From the NCBI GenBank assembly GCA_003599865.1, contig QZKS01000020.1, positions 134,420 through 198,419 of the forward strand: 64,000 bases of DNA. Reading direction: 5' to 3'. Below the pieces are notes generated by a model. It worked only from the letters and a program-made list of their open reading frames with translations, made no database searches and was not told the origin of the DNA. Source of the DNA: Desulfobacteraceae bacterium. GTDB taxonomy: Bacteria; Desulfobacterota; Desulfobacteria; Desulfobacterales; SURF-7. A program made the translations under genes and the position numbers. Shown here piece by piece: positions 38,977 to 47,656 of the stretch. Every line of letters starts with the position of its first letter. Position 1 is the stretch's first letter.

Positions 38977-39380
38977 GATTTCACAGAAGCTTTTCTGATC
39001 TTGGCGTTGATTTCATCCTCCTCAAGTGTTCCATACTGATCATACACTTTCAGTGCCAGTGACAGGGCAACCCCCAACGTCGCGACGGAAACAACAATTG
39101 CGGTAAGCATCAGGACGTGAGGCAGGGGGTTGATATAATCAGCGGCATGATAAACATGTTCCTGCATGCCTGGATGATGCTCAAGAATGGGAATCGTTGC
39201 ATCTTTTTTCATACCCATGGACACATAAAAGAGAATGATCGATGTCTGAAAAATATTCATGCCGATGATTTTTTTGATCAGATTGTTCTTCACAATCATC
39301 GCATATAAACCAATCATCATGAGGGTGATAACGGTCCAGTAATTATATTTTGACAGAATGATGGCAATCATATCGTCCAT
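38973..39380 (-). CDS. mrpC: Mrp/Mnh subunit C (NuoK-like)
   Basis: Three TM helices and the NLIKKIIGMNIFQTSIILFYV motif. The start at 39380 follows AAGGA; the longest ORF reaches 39395. Confidence 0.8.
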   Translation of the reverse strand: MDDMIAIILSKYNYWTVITLMMIGLYAMIVKNNLIKKIIGMNIFQTSIILFYVSMGMKKDATIPILEHHPGMQEHVYHAADYINPLPHVLMLTAIVVSVATLGVALSLALKVYDQYGTLEEDEINAKIRKASVKS

Positions 39381-39381
39381 A

Positions 39382-40212
39382 CTACAATCCTTCATGCTGT
39401 TTGCCTGCGGAAGACAGGTTGTAATAAATCCAGATCATCACCATGGTAACCGCCAGCCCGACACCCATTTCAACCATCATGATCCCATGAGACCTCGCTG
39501 TTACCGGGTCCACACCCAAAAGACCGCTCAGCGCACTGTAGTCCAGAAAATTTCCACCGGCAAGAAGGCAGCATACACCGGTTCCTGCATAAATCAGGAC
39601 ACCGATTGCGCATAAAACGGCGCTCCTCTTTTCGCTGACCCGATGGGTTGTCTTCCGTAAGGTATTGGAAACCGCAAACAGAATAATGGCTGCGCCAAAA
39701 ATAACACCTCCCTGGAAACCGCCTCCCGGACTGTGATGTCCATGGGCAACAACATACAGGGCAAACAGTTGGATAAAGGGGACCAGTATTCTGCTGGTGA
39801 CCTGTATGACCAGATCATAGGGAACCCACTGCGTATCGATCCGCTCAAACTCATCCGATTCTTTCGGCAGTCGTCCGCCTTTTTCAATCCTCAACGTGAT
39901 ACCGGTCTGGATATGACGGAAAACAACTGCTTCAGGGGCATCATATTTGGGCCTTCGCAACAGAAAGAAGCAGGCGATTCCTGCAGAAAAAATAACCGCT
40001 GTTTCAAACATGGTATCAAAGCCACGATAGTCCGCCAGGATTGCCGTAACGATATTGGGAACGGAAGTATCGGACATTGCGTGTTCAATATAATAATTTG
40101 AAACATGCAAATTGCATGGAGATTCAGGATCTCCCCATGCTGAAAAATCCGAAGTCCCATAAACGAGAACGATAAATAACCAGAAAATGCTGATCATCCC
40201 GATAAGCTTCAA
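39382..40212 (-). CDS. mrpB: Fused MnhB-type subunit (MbhE-like plus MbhF-like halves)
   Basis: The N-half has NIVTAILADYRGFDTMFE and the C-half has HGHHSPGGGFQGGVIFG, in one 276-aa protein. The listed start is TTG; an alternative ATG is at 40197. Confidence 0.75.
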   Translation of the reverse strand: MKLIGMISIFWLFIVLVYGTSDFSAWGDPESPCNLHVSNYYIEHAMSDTSVPNIVTAILADYRGFDTMFETAVIFSAGIACFFLLRRPKYDAPEAVVFRHIQTGITLRIEKGGRLPKESDEFERIDTQWVPYDLVIQVTSRILVPFIQLFALYVVAHGHHSPGGGFQGGVIFGAAIILFAVSNTLRKTTHRVSEKRSAVLCAIGVLIYAGTGVCCLLAGGNFLDYSALSGLLGVDPVTARSHGIMMVEMGVGLAVTMVMIWIYYNLSSAGKQHEGL

Positions 40213-40454
40213 TCTTTCGTCCTCCGTGACGTTCGAAATACAGCCGCCACAAAAAAGATTGTGCTGACACCGGCTCCGACGGAGGCTTCAGTGAAAGCAA
40301 CATCCACTGCTCCCATAACGGCCCACAGTATACACATCATAAAGCTGTAGGCACCGAACAAAATGGCAGCGCTCAGCAGGTCTTTTACCCAGAGAGCGGC
40401 GATTCCACAGATTATCACCAGAAAAAGGATGATAAACTCAACCTGCCATATCAT
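40209..40454 (-). CDS. DUF4040 (MbhD-like / MrpA C-terminal-like) small membrane subunit
   Basis: The DVAFTEASVGAGVSTIFF motif is typical of DUF4040. An ATGA overlap joins it to the mrpG stop. Confidence 0.7.
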   Translation of the reverse strand: MIWQVEFIILFLVIICGIAALWVKDLLSAAILFGAYSFMMCILWAVMGAVDVAFTEASVGAGVSTIFFVAAVFRTSRRTKD

Positions 40455-40777
40455 ACGCCTCCCCCTCCTTCTTTGGTCCATGGCTTCAAACCCGCTCTCA
40501 CACCGGCATCGACAATAGCATGGGTTGCCGTCGGACTGGTGACAAAAACAATCACGACAATTAACAATATTTTTAAACCCGTTAGAAAGGAAGCAATGGA
40601 GAAATCCATCATCACATAAACGGCCATGGCCAGAAGAGATAGCAGCAGTCCCATGGTATCCAGTTTCCCTGCCGGATGAAGGCGGGAGTAAAAATCAGGA
40701 AAACGAAGGATTCCTATGGAGCCCCCGGTGAAAAACAACAACCCGCAAACCAGTAAAAAGCCGATAACAATATCCAT
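40451..40777 (-). CDS. mrpG: Mrp/Mnh subunit G
   Basis: 108 aa, three TM helices, GILRFPDFYSRLHPAGK motif. Confidence 0.85.
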   Translation of the reverse strand: MDIVIGFLLVCGLLFFTGGSIGILRFPDFYSRLHPAGKLDTMGLLLSLLAMAVYVMMDFSIASFLTGLKILLIVVIVFVTSPTATHAIVDAGVRAGLKPWTKEGGGGV

Positions 40778-40789
40778 ACCAAACTCCCC

Positions 40790-41080
40790 CTATCGCCTGC
40801 CGGGCTCATCGTAAAGGCCTTTGATTTTCTGAAAATATCTGGATGCTCCCAGCACCGCGATAAAGTTTAACATCGCATAGGCAAGGGCGATATCGACAAA
40901 CATATCGACCCGATGGTAAACCAGACCGATGAGAACAAGGAGCGCCGTTGTCTTACTACCGATTGCATTGACGCCGATCAGCCGGTCAAGGACCGTCGGG
41001 CCGAAAATGGCACGGTACAAAGACAGAACCATAACAGCACTCAGGTATATACTCGAATATAAAAAAAATGCGTCCATCAT
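40790..41080 (-). CDS. mrpF: Mrp/Mnh subunit F
   Basis: 96 aa, three TM helices, RAIFGPTVLDRLIGVNAIG motif. Confidence 0.85.
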   Translation of the reverse strand: MMDAFFLYSSIYLSAVMVLSLYRAIFGPTVLDRLIGVNAIGSKTTALLVLIGLVYHRVDMFVDIALAYAMLNFIAVLGASRYFQKIKGLYDEPGRR

Positions 41081-41643
41081 TCATCCAGAATACGCGAAAT
41101 TTTCTCCTCCATATCACCGGGAAGAGCCTCGCCGGACAATGTATCAATCGCATGAACAGAGTAGTTTCCGAGCAGGGATACATGCACGGTGACGGTTCCG
41201 GGTGTCAGCGTTATGGAATTTGCAAAGATAAAATGTGACATCGGATGTTTGAGTCTGCTTTTGAACTGTATGATCCGCGGGTCAATCAGATCCATCATAT
41301 GGGGATGAAATACAAGATACATCACATGGATATTGGCCACAAAAACCTGATAGATCAACCACGGAAAAAAATATAAAAACCGCAGCCAGGCTGATGGCAG
41401 TCTTCGAATATCCGTATTATAAAACAAAAGATTATGAGAAAAAAATGAAACAATCAGGCAGGACATCACGCCAAGAGTCATGTGAAACATGTCAAACTTG
41501 CCGGACAGGACAATCCAGGTAGCAATTGCAATGACAAACGTAAGGATAAAGGCCGGAGCCGTTTGTTTTATTCTCTGGAATTGTCGATTTCCGGTTTCAT
41601 CAAACGCGTCGGACTGTTCAACATTATTTTCTCTGATTCGCAA
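41077..41643 (-). CDS. mrpE: Mrp/Mnh subunit E
   Basis: 188 aa with WIVLSG near the N-terminus and a C-terminal soluble domain. The TTG start lies 9 nt after GGAGG. It is the first gene of the operon. Confidence 0.75.
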   Translation of the reverse strand: MRIRENNVEQSDAFDETGNRQFQRIKQTAPAFILTFVIAIATWIVLSGKFDMFHMTLGVMSCLIVSFFSHNLLFYNTDIRRLPSAWLRFLYFFPWLIYQVFVANIHVMYLVFHPHMMDLIDPRIIQFKSRLKHPMSHFIFANSITLTPGTVTVHVSLLGNYSVHAIDTLSGEALPGDMEEKISRILDE

Positions 41644-41907
41644 TCTATTCTGCCTCCGGTCAAGAGATCATACTGGTAAAACCCCCGCACGTAAGTATTG
41701 CGGGAGCGGCTGATAATCAAGACTTTGTGGCCGGCAAAGGGGCTCCGTAAAATCGAAACGGAAAGTGCCCGTCTGCTGAAATGACATCCATGCAAGTTCA
41801 GATGTAAAATGAAGAAAACTATTATTGTAAAATTGTGAAGATATTGTATAGACCTACAATAAAATAAAAGATCTGGCAACAGGTTTTTCAAGTGAAAAGG
41901 AGCTTCC

Positions 41908-43335
41908 ATGAACAGCTATCTGTTTTATGACCTTGAAACAAGCGGTCTCAATAAAGCATTCGATCAAATTATGCAATTTGCCGCCATCCGGACAGATATG
42001 CAACTCAATGAGATTGAGAAGCACAACTTTCTGGTAAAGCTCAGACCCGATACGATCGTTTCTCCCAAAGCACTCATCACCCACAGGATTTCCATCTCCG
42101 ATACCATGACCGGCGCCTGCGAATATGAAGCGGCAAAAACCATCCACAGACTGATGAATGAACCCGGAACCATCAGTATTGGATACAACACACTGGGATT
42201 TGATGACGAATTTCTCCGTTTTACTTTTCATCGCAACCTTCTGCCGCCATACACACATCAATACCATCATGGCTGCGGCAGGATGGATATTTTTCCGATT
42301 GCCATCATGTTTCATCTATACCGGGACAAGGTGTTATCCTGGCCCCAAAAAAATGGAAAAACTTCATTCAAACTGGAAGATCTAAATACTGAAAATAATT
42401 TAACAAATGGAGTATCCCACGATGCCCTTGCCGATGTCGAAGCAACGATTGCCCTAGCACGTCGTTTTATGAAAGAAGCCGATATGTGGAACTACCTTGC
42501 CGGCAATTTCGTAAAAGAAACGGATCGCAGGAGGGCAGATAGTCTGCCCGCTTTATTTCATGACGAACAACTGAAGTATTCACACGGAATTATGGTCGGC
42601 AGCGAATTCGGAAAAGACATGCGCTTTCAGGCACCTGTTTTATATATCGGGAACTCGATACCCTATGTCAACCAGACATTATGGCTTCGCATGGATCTTC
42701 CCGAACTGCGGGAAACGAACATGGAGACAATTCATGAAACAACGTGGGTTATCCGGAAACGATACGGAGAACCCGGAATCCTTCTGCCGCCCCTTGAGAG
42801 ATATAAAGCCATGATCGGGGAGATTCGAATGGCCGAATGCAGGCAAAATACAAACTGGATAAAATCGCATATGGAGGTATTCCATGCCATTACAAGGTAT
42901 CATCAAACATTTCGATATCCTGAGATCCCTGATCTGGATGCGGATGCGGCGCTATATCAAATGGGATTCCCGACAAAAAATACGGAAGCACTGTGTCGAA
43001 AATTTCACCTTGCCCCCTTTTCCGCCAAGGTAAATATGATTGGCCAAATCGAGTCCTCTGAAACCAGAACACTTGCGAAAAGACTACTTGCCAGAAATTT
43101 CCCGGAAGCACTTCCACAAAGCCTGAAACAGGAGTTTTTACAATATCTGTCAAAAATAAACCCCAAATCCGGCGAGAATGCGATTGTGGATTATAGAGGT
43201 GAAGCCCGGACAACGCCGGTCGGGGCGTTGACTGAAATAAAAGAAATGAAACAGGCTGAAGGGATGGAGAACCGGCAACGGAAACTGCTCGATGAGCTTG
43301 AGGAGTATCTTATTCAAACCTTTCAAGGTTCCTGA
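41908..43335 (+). CDS. sbcB: Exodeoxyribonuclease I
   Basis: DEDD exonuclease motif FYDLETSG, HDALADV, and 475 aa, the same length as E. coli SbcB. AAGGAG lies upstream. Confidence 0.85.
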   Translation: MNSYLFYDLETSGLNKAFDQIMQFAAIRTDMQLNEIEKHNFLVKLRPDTIVSPKALITHRISISDTMTGACEYEAAKTIHRLMNEPGTISIGYNTLGFDDEFLRFTFHRNLLPPYTHQYHHGCGRMDIFPIAIMFHLYRDKVLSWPQKNGKTSFKLEDLNTENNLTNGVSHDALADVEATIALARRFMKEADMWNYLAGNFVKETDRRRADSLPALFHDEQLKYSHGIMVGSEFGKDMRFQAPVLYIGNSIPYVNQTLWLRMDLPELRETNMETIHETTWVIRKRYGEPGILLPPLERYKAMIGEIRMAECRQNTNWIKSHMEVFHAITRYHQTFRYPEIPDLDADAALYQMGFPTKNTEALCRKFHLAPFSAKVNMIGQIESSETRTLAKRLLARNFPEALPQSLKQEFLQYLSKINPKSGENAIVDYRGEARTTPVGALTEIKEMKQAEGMENRQRKLLDELEEYLIQTFQGS

Positions 43336-43754
43336 GCAACTGCCAGGGCGATGTTTTCCGGAGGCGGGCGGAAGGGAGGGGCGCCATGCCTGCACTCCTT
43401 ACACTTCCATTTTTTTTCCCAGACAGAATGGACCTGCTGAACATTCACAAGCACCGCCATATCATACTTGAATCGGTCATCCCCTCCATCGGGTATTTTG
43501 ATCAGAAATATCTTGTGGTTCATTGCCGATTGTCTTAACCAGTCCCGGTAAATATGATCCTCTCCTACAATCACCAGCAATTTATCACCATATTCGGTTG
43601 CTACCTGCCAAGTATGATAGGTTTTCATCTCGCCACCGCCGACGATCATCGTCTCCTTGTAATGCTCCTCAAAGAGTTCAACCAAATAATCTTTTGTGAA
43701 TCCCTGCCCTGGAATACAGAAAATCATTAAAAAAAGGAATATTGCCGATCTCAC
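43323..43754 (-). CDS. Secreted hypothetical protein
   Basis: The GTG start lies 8 nt after GGAGG and yields the signal-like N-terminus MRSAIFLFLMIFCIPGQG. I recognise no family. Its 3' end overlaps the sbcB 3' end by 13 nt. Confidence 0.5.
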   Translation of the reverse strand: MRSAIFLFLMIFCIPGQGFTKDYLVELFEEHYKETMIVGGGEMKTYHTWQVATEYGDKLLVIVGEDHIYRDWLRQSAMNHKIFLIKIPDGGDDRFKYDMAVLVNVQQVHSVWEKKWKCKECRHGAPPFRPPPENIALAVAQEP

Positions 43755-43898
43755 AATCGTTTCCTCCGCCAATGGTTCTGTTTAAAAAGGATTTCCCTTA
43801 TGATGACATCAAAAATGGTCTTATTACCATTCAATCGGCAGGAATTCGGTTTTTCTTTAGCCCGAACTACAAAAAGTCGATCTGATACCAAGCGAAGG

Positions 43899-44582
43899 TT
43901 AGATCAGATTCTGAATACCGAAAAAAAGCAGCGGAACGAATATCGCCGGAAGCATATTGCCGACGTTGATTTTTCGAATCTCAAGAAGATTAAAACCAAT
44001 GGCCATAATCAGCAAGCCGCCTGTTGCAGACATCTGGGAAATCACTTCCGGGTTCAACAGCGGTTTAAGAAAACCGGCACTGAGCGTAATACCTCCCTGA
44101 TAAATCAGCACAGGCAGCGATGACAGCATTACACCGATACCCAAAGTTGAGGCCATGACAATGGAAGTAACACCGTCTAATACCGATTTGGCAAAAAGTG
44201 TCTGGTGATTTCCGGAAAGGCCGCTTTCCAGAGATCCGACAATTGCCATCGCACCAATGCAATATATCAGGCTTGCTGCTACAAATCCCTGAGAAATATT
44301 TCCATAGGATGAAGCCAGCTTCTGATCAAACCACCGCCCTATAAAATTTAATCCTCTTTCGATTCCAAAAAATTCCCCGATTATACATCCAATAACTATA
44401 CTCAGGATAACAATTAACAGATCATTGCTTCCCAGGGCATTTTTCAGCCCGATTAACACCACGGACAGACCGATAGCATCCATTAATATCCTGCTATAGC
44501 GGACCGGTAATCCCCCTTTTATCGCAATACCCAAAAGACTCCCTGCAATGATTGCTGCCACGTTGACAATTGTTCCCAACAT
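43899..44582 (-). CDS. DUF554-family membrane protein
   Basis: Hallmark N-terminus MLGTIVNVAAIIAGSLLG and a polytopic Gly-rich TM pattern. Confidence 0.75.
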   Translation of the reverse strand: MLGTIVNVAAIIAGSLLGIAIKGGLPVRYSRILMDAIGLSVVLIGLKNALGSNDLLIVILSIVIGCIIGEFFGIERGLNFIGRWFDQKLASSYGNISQGFVAASLIYCIGAMAIVGSLESGLSGNHQTLFAKSVLDGVTSIVMASTLGIGVMLSSLPVLIYQGGITLSAGFLKPLLNPEVISQMSATGGLLIMAIGFNLLEIRKINVGNMLPAIFVPLLFFGIQNLI

Positions 44583-44673
44583 CTTTACGATACCCGATCT
44601 GTTATAAATAAGGATAAAAAATGGATTTCCATCGAAAAATAATGTATATTCCCCTTGGACTTTTTACAAAAAA

Positions 44674-45171
44674 ATGTCAATAGAAATGAAAATGGCCACA
44701 CTTGAAAAAGCAATTTCCATCGCACTGGAAGCGCATGCGGGTATTCTTGATAAAACCTCCGCCCCCTATATCCTGCATCCTCTCAGAATCATGTTAAAAA
44801 TGAAAACACAGGAGGAAATGATTGCAGCTGTTCTACATGATGTTATTGAGGACAGTGATTATACTCTTGCCAAGCTCAGAGAAATCGGATTCTCCGAGAC
44901 GGTTCTCGAAGCCTTGGAAAGCGTTACCAAAAAACCGGAAGAATCTTATGAAGCGTATATTCTGAGAGCCGGGTCAAATGATTTGGGACGGAAAATCAAA
45001 TATGCCGACCTGCTGGACAATCTTGATATCTCAAGAATTCAAAAGCTCACGGATCGTGATCTGTCGCGAATCCAAAAATACCACCATGCGCTGAAATTAC
45101 TTGCGGGTGTCCGCCCCCCGGCAGCAACAAAGAAACAAGGTCCGTACACACTGTTTTTAGGAGAAATATGA
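44674..45171 (+). CDS. HD-domain protein of the RelA/SpoT hydrolase type (small alarmone hydrolase-like)
   Basis: The HAGILDKTSAPYILHPLRI...AAVLHDVIEDS pattern (HD_4-like) in 165 aa, with no synthetase domain. Confidence 0.7.
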   Translation: MSIEMKMATLEKAISIALEAHAGILDKTSAPYILHPLRIMLKMKTQEEMIAAVLHDVIEDSDYTLAKLREIGFSETVLEALESVTKKPEESYEAYILRAGSNDLGRKIKYADLLDNLDISRIQKLTDRDLSRIQKYHHALKLLAGVRPPAATKKQGPYTLFLGEI

Positions 45172-45197
45172 AACGGCCATAAAATGCTACTAATCAA

Positions 45198-45226
45198 TTG
45201 ACATATAAATCAATTTTAACTATGTT
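45198..45226 (+). promoter_or_regulatory. Sigma70-type promoter upstream of a small secreted protein gene
   Basis: TTGACA-N17-TATGTT, about 90 nt upstream of the ATG at 45318. Confidence 0.45.
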
Positions 45227-45317
45227 ATGATTATTCCACAGAAATGCAACCCTCTATGGATACCCGAATAAAAATAGTAAAATGTATTTAATTGTCATCA
45301 AAAACAAGGAGGCCTTC

Positions 45318-45608
45318 ATGCATACATTCCCGATAAAACCGACAACCATTATCTTAGCCGTAATATTGATGCTGTTTTCGTCTGGATCCACTTCTTTTGC
45401 ACTGGAGAACGATCCCAGTGCAGGGGCAATGGTCGCCGATACTGTTCTCGCCCGTCCGATGGGTATCGCAACCACTATCGTCGGCACTGTCTTGTTTGTT
45501 GTTTCCAGCCCGTTTTCAGCGCTTGGCGGCAATCTCAAAACCGCATATACCAAATTAATCAAAGAGCCATTTATTTTTTCGTTCAAAAGGCCGCTCGGAG
45601 AATTCTAA
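45318..45608 (+). CDS. Small secreted/membrane-associated protein, unknown family
   Basis: The start lies 5 nt after AAGGAGG. It has a signal peptide (TTIILAVILMLFSSGSTSFA) followed by a hydrophobic Gly/Ala-rich segment. Confidence 0.6.
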   Translation: MHTFPIKPTTIILAVILMLFSSGSTSFALENDPSAGAMVADTVLARPMGIATTIVGTVLFVVSSPFSALGGNLKTAYTKLIKEPFIFSFKRPLGEF

Positions 45609-45788
45609 TCTCCATTTTTGTCATTTTCATATGACTCGGGGAATCCTGATGAAAGGTAAACCTATCCATACTGCTGTTGCTGCCGGTTTCCAGATATCGC
45701 AACAACAGCAGCATGAATCCCCCCGAATCGGATTTGTTCTTAAATTTTCTTGAAGAGATATAACAGGTCAGACGACAAATCTTCCCAT

Positions 45789-46046
45789 ATGTACAATACA
45801 AAAGATATCTGCCTGATCCCCCATGCAAAACTGAGCCCGGAAGCCCTGCAAAACATGATTGAAGAATTTGTCAGCAGGGATGGTGTTGATTCCGGACATG
45901 TGGACATCTCTTTAGACAAAAAGGTCGCCATCATACGGTCCCAGTTGAACTGTGGTGCGGTTGTGATCGTATTTGACCGGCATACCCAGACATGTAATAT
46001 AATACCAAAAGATCATATACCATCCGAAAAACCGATTTCAAGATAA
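45789..46046 (+). CDS. yheU: YheU-family (UPF0270) protein
   Basis: LIPHAKLSPEALQNMIEEFVSRDGVDSGH...QLNCGAVVIVFD parallels my recollection of E. coli YheU almost position by position. The start choice (45789 versus 45750) is uncertain. Confidence 0.7.
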   Translation: MYNTKDICLIPHAKLSPEALQNMIEEFVSRDGVDSGHVDISLDKKVAIIRSQLNCGAVVIVFDRHTQTCNIIPKDHIPSEKPISR

Positions 46047-46085
46047 CAAGTCGAAAAATGGCCTGTAAAAACGATAAATCATAAA

Positions 46086-46565
46086 ATGGAATATACCGAA
46101 CAAGAACTAGCGGCAAAAATGAAAAAAAGGCTGACCAGCGAACGTGACCGCCAGCGCAGATGGCGGTTTCGCCAGAAAGAAAAAGGTTTGAAGCCGATTG
46201 CCGGCATGGTATCCAGTGAAGCCGTATCCATTTTAAATGCCCAAAAAAAGAAAACAGGAAAAACCGTATCGGAAATCCTTGAAAAAGCGATTCTGAATCT
46301 ATCCGCTTCCGTCATGCCTCACGCAGCACAAGAAACATCTTCTGTTCCCGCACCTCTTAATGACTGCCCGCCACAAAAAAACGAACCCACGGAGTATCAA
46401 GAGGATATTTTGAATACCATCAAAAAAATGAGACGGGAAAACAATCTTCCGTTTAATGAAATTGCCAGAATTTTCAATGAAAAAGGCCTGAAGACGCTAT
46501 CCGGCGAAGATATATGGGATGGAAAAAGCATTTATGCAATATACAAGAATATAGAAGAACGATGA
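46086..46565 (+). CDS. Putative DNA-binding protein: RHH-like N-region plus a recombinase/resolvase-type HTH-like C-region
   Basis: IAGMVSSEAVSILNAQKKKTGKTVSEILEKAIL looks like a ribbon-helix-helix. C-terminal LPFNEIARIFNEKGLKTLSGEDIWDGKSIYAIYKN resembles the DNA-binding module of serine recombinases. No catalytic domain is present. Confidence 0.45.
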   Translation: MEYTEQELAAKMKKRLTSERDRQRRWRFRQKEKGLKPIAGMVSSEAVSILNAQKKKTGKTVSEILEKAILNLSASVMPHAAQETSSVPAPLNDCPPQKNEPTEYQEDILNTIKKMRRENNLPFNEIARIFNEKGLKTLSGEDIWDGKSIYAIYKNIEER

Positions 46566-46592
46566 AAAAACCCTGTTTCACGATAAATGAGA

Positions 46593-47249
46593 TTACTCCT
46601 CCCATCCGTACTCGCCCACGAGTTTAACAAACCGGCAACCCCCGAGGTTGGTTTTTTGTATACCATCTTGTTGCCGAATTATTTTTACAAGCTCCTGAGA
46701 GTGCCGGTCCCCAACAGGTATCACCATTCGACCACCAATGGCGAGCTGATTTACCAGGATGGCAGGAATTTCAGGAGCACCGGCTGTTACAATGATTCCG
46801 TCAAACGGACTTTCTTCCTTCCATCCGGTTGTGCCGTCCGAATACCGGGTAACGATGTTGTGATATTTGAGTTTATCAAACAATTTTCTGGTCTTAATAA
46901 ACAATGTATGTTTTCTTTCAATGGTATATACACGGTATACAATATCCGCCAATATCGCTGCCTGATAACCGGAGCCTGTTCCCAGTTCAAGAATCCGGTC
47001 ATCTTTTTTGGGTTCCAAGGCCTGTGTCATCTCTGCGACAATATAAGGCTGCGAAATCGTTTGCTGTTCACCAATAGGAAGCGGGAAATCTCCATATGCC
47101 TGATCCATCAGCGCTTCGCTGACAAAGAGATGCCGCGGAATTTTTCTCATGGCTGCAAGAACATTCTGATCGGTAATACCGCGGGCTTCTATTTGCCGCT
47201 GAACCATATCTTCACGATAGCGGGTATATTTCAAGGCTTCTTTTTTCAT
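46593..47249 (-). CDS. pcm: Protein-L-isoaspartate O-methyltransferase
   Basis: IPRHLFV, ISQPYIVA and the SAM motif LELGTGSGYQAA. Confidence 0.9.
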   Translation of the reverse strand: MKKEALKYTRYREDMVQRQIEARGITDQNVLAAMRKIPRHLFVSEALMDQAYGDFPLPIGEQQTISQPYIVAEMTQALEPKKDDRILELGTGSGYQAAILADIVYRVYTIERKHTLFIKTRKLFDKLKYHNIVTRYSDGTTGWKEESPFDGIIVTAGAPEIPAILVNQLAIGGRMVIPVGDRHSQELVKIIRQQDGIQKTNLGGCRFVKLVGEYGWEE

Positions 47250-47656
47250 TTTCTCCTTTGTATTTTATCATAAAAATCAGTGTAATACACTATCCGGCCC
47301 ATTGCAATATCCATTATTGTTGCAAACATCTGAATCAGGCCGCTTTTTCTGGATGATCAGAAACAGATAACCGGATGGTTTCATTTTTTCCGGTATTATT
47401 GAACCGGGTTAGGATGTGAAGTATTTCCCATTGCCATCTCGTGCTTCGCTTCATACATTGAGCAATTAATTCGATTATGTATCAATTCAAGGTAGTTTCG
47501 TCAAGGTATTCGGATAAAAACATTTTCAGAAAAGCCGAACCGGTTTCCGGAAATGAATCCTTGAACCCTGATCCGCCGTCAATAGATAAAGCTTGATTTT
47601 CACAGAAAATACTCATAACTAAATCCAGAATACTCTTAATTGGAAAGCTTTTCACC

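Noticed and set aside
41854-42315. 153-aa and 113-aa minus-strand ORFs (also 41568-41909) around the sbcB start and the mrp leader
   Set aside because: They are antisense to sbcB, which carries clear DEDD motifs, or lie in the promoter spacer. They have no RBS and no motifs.
45649-45753. 34-codon ORF (MKGKPIHTAVAAGFQISQQQQHESPRIGFVLKFS) containing a 9+3 bp hairpin at 45671-45711
   Set aside because: It has only a weak GGGGAA ribosome-binding site, no known family, and overlaps the possible longer start of yheU. The hairpin could equally be a transcript-level element. The evidence is not strong enough to call.
46587-47273. 228-aa plus-strand ORF covering the pcm locus
   Set aside because: The minus-strand frame carries unmistakable Pcm motifs (ISQPYIVA, LELGTGSGYQAA). 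The plus-strand frame has none.
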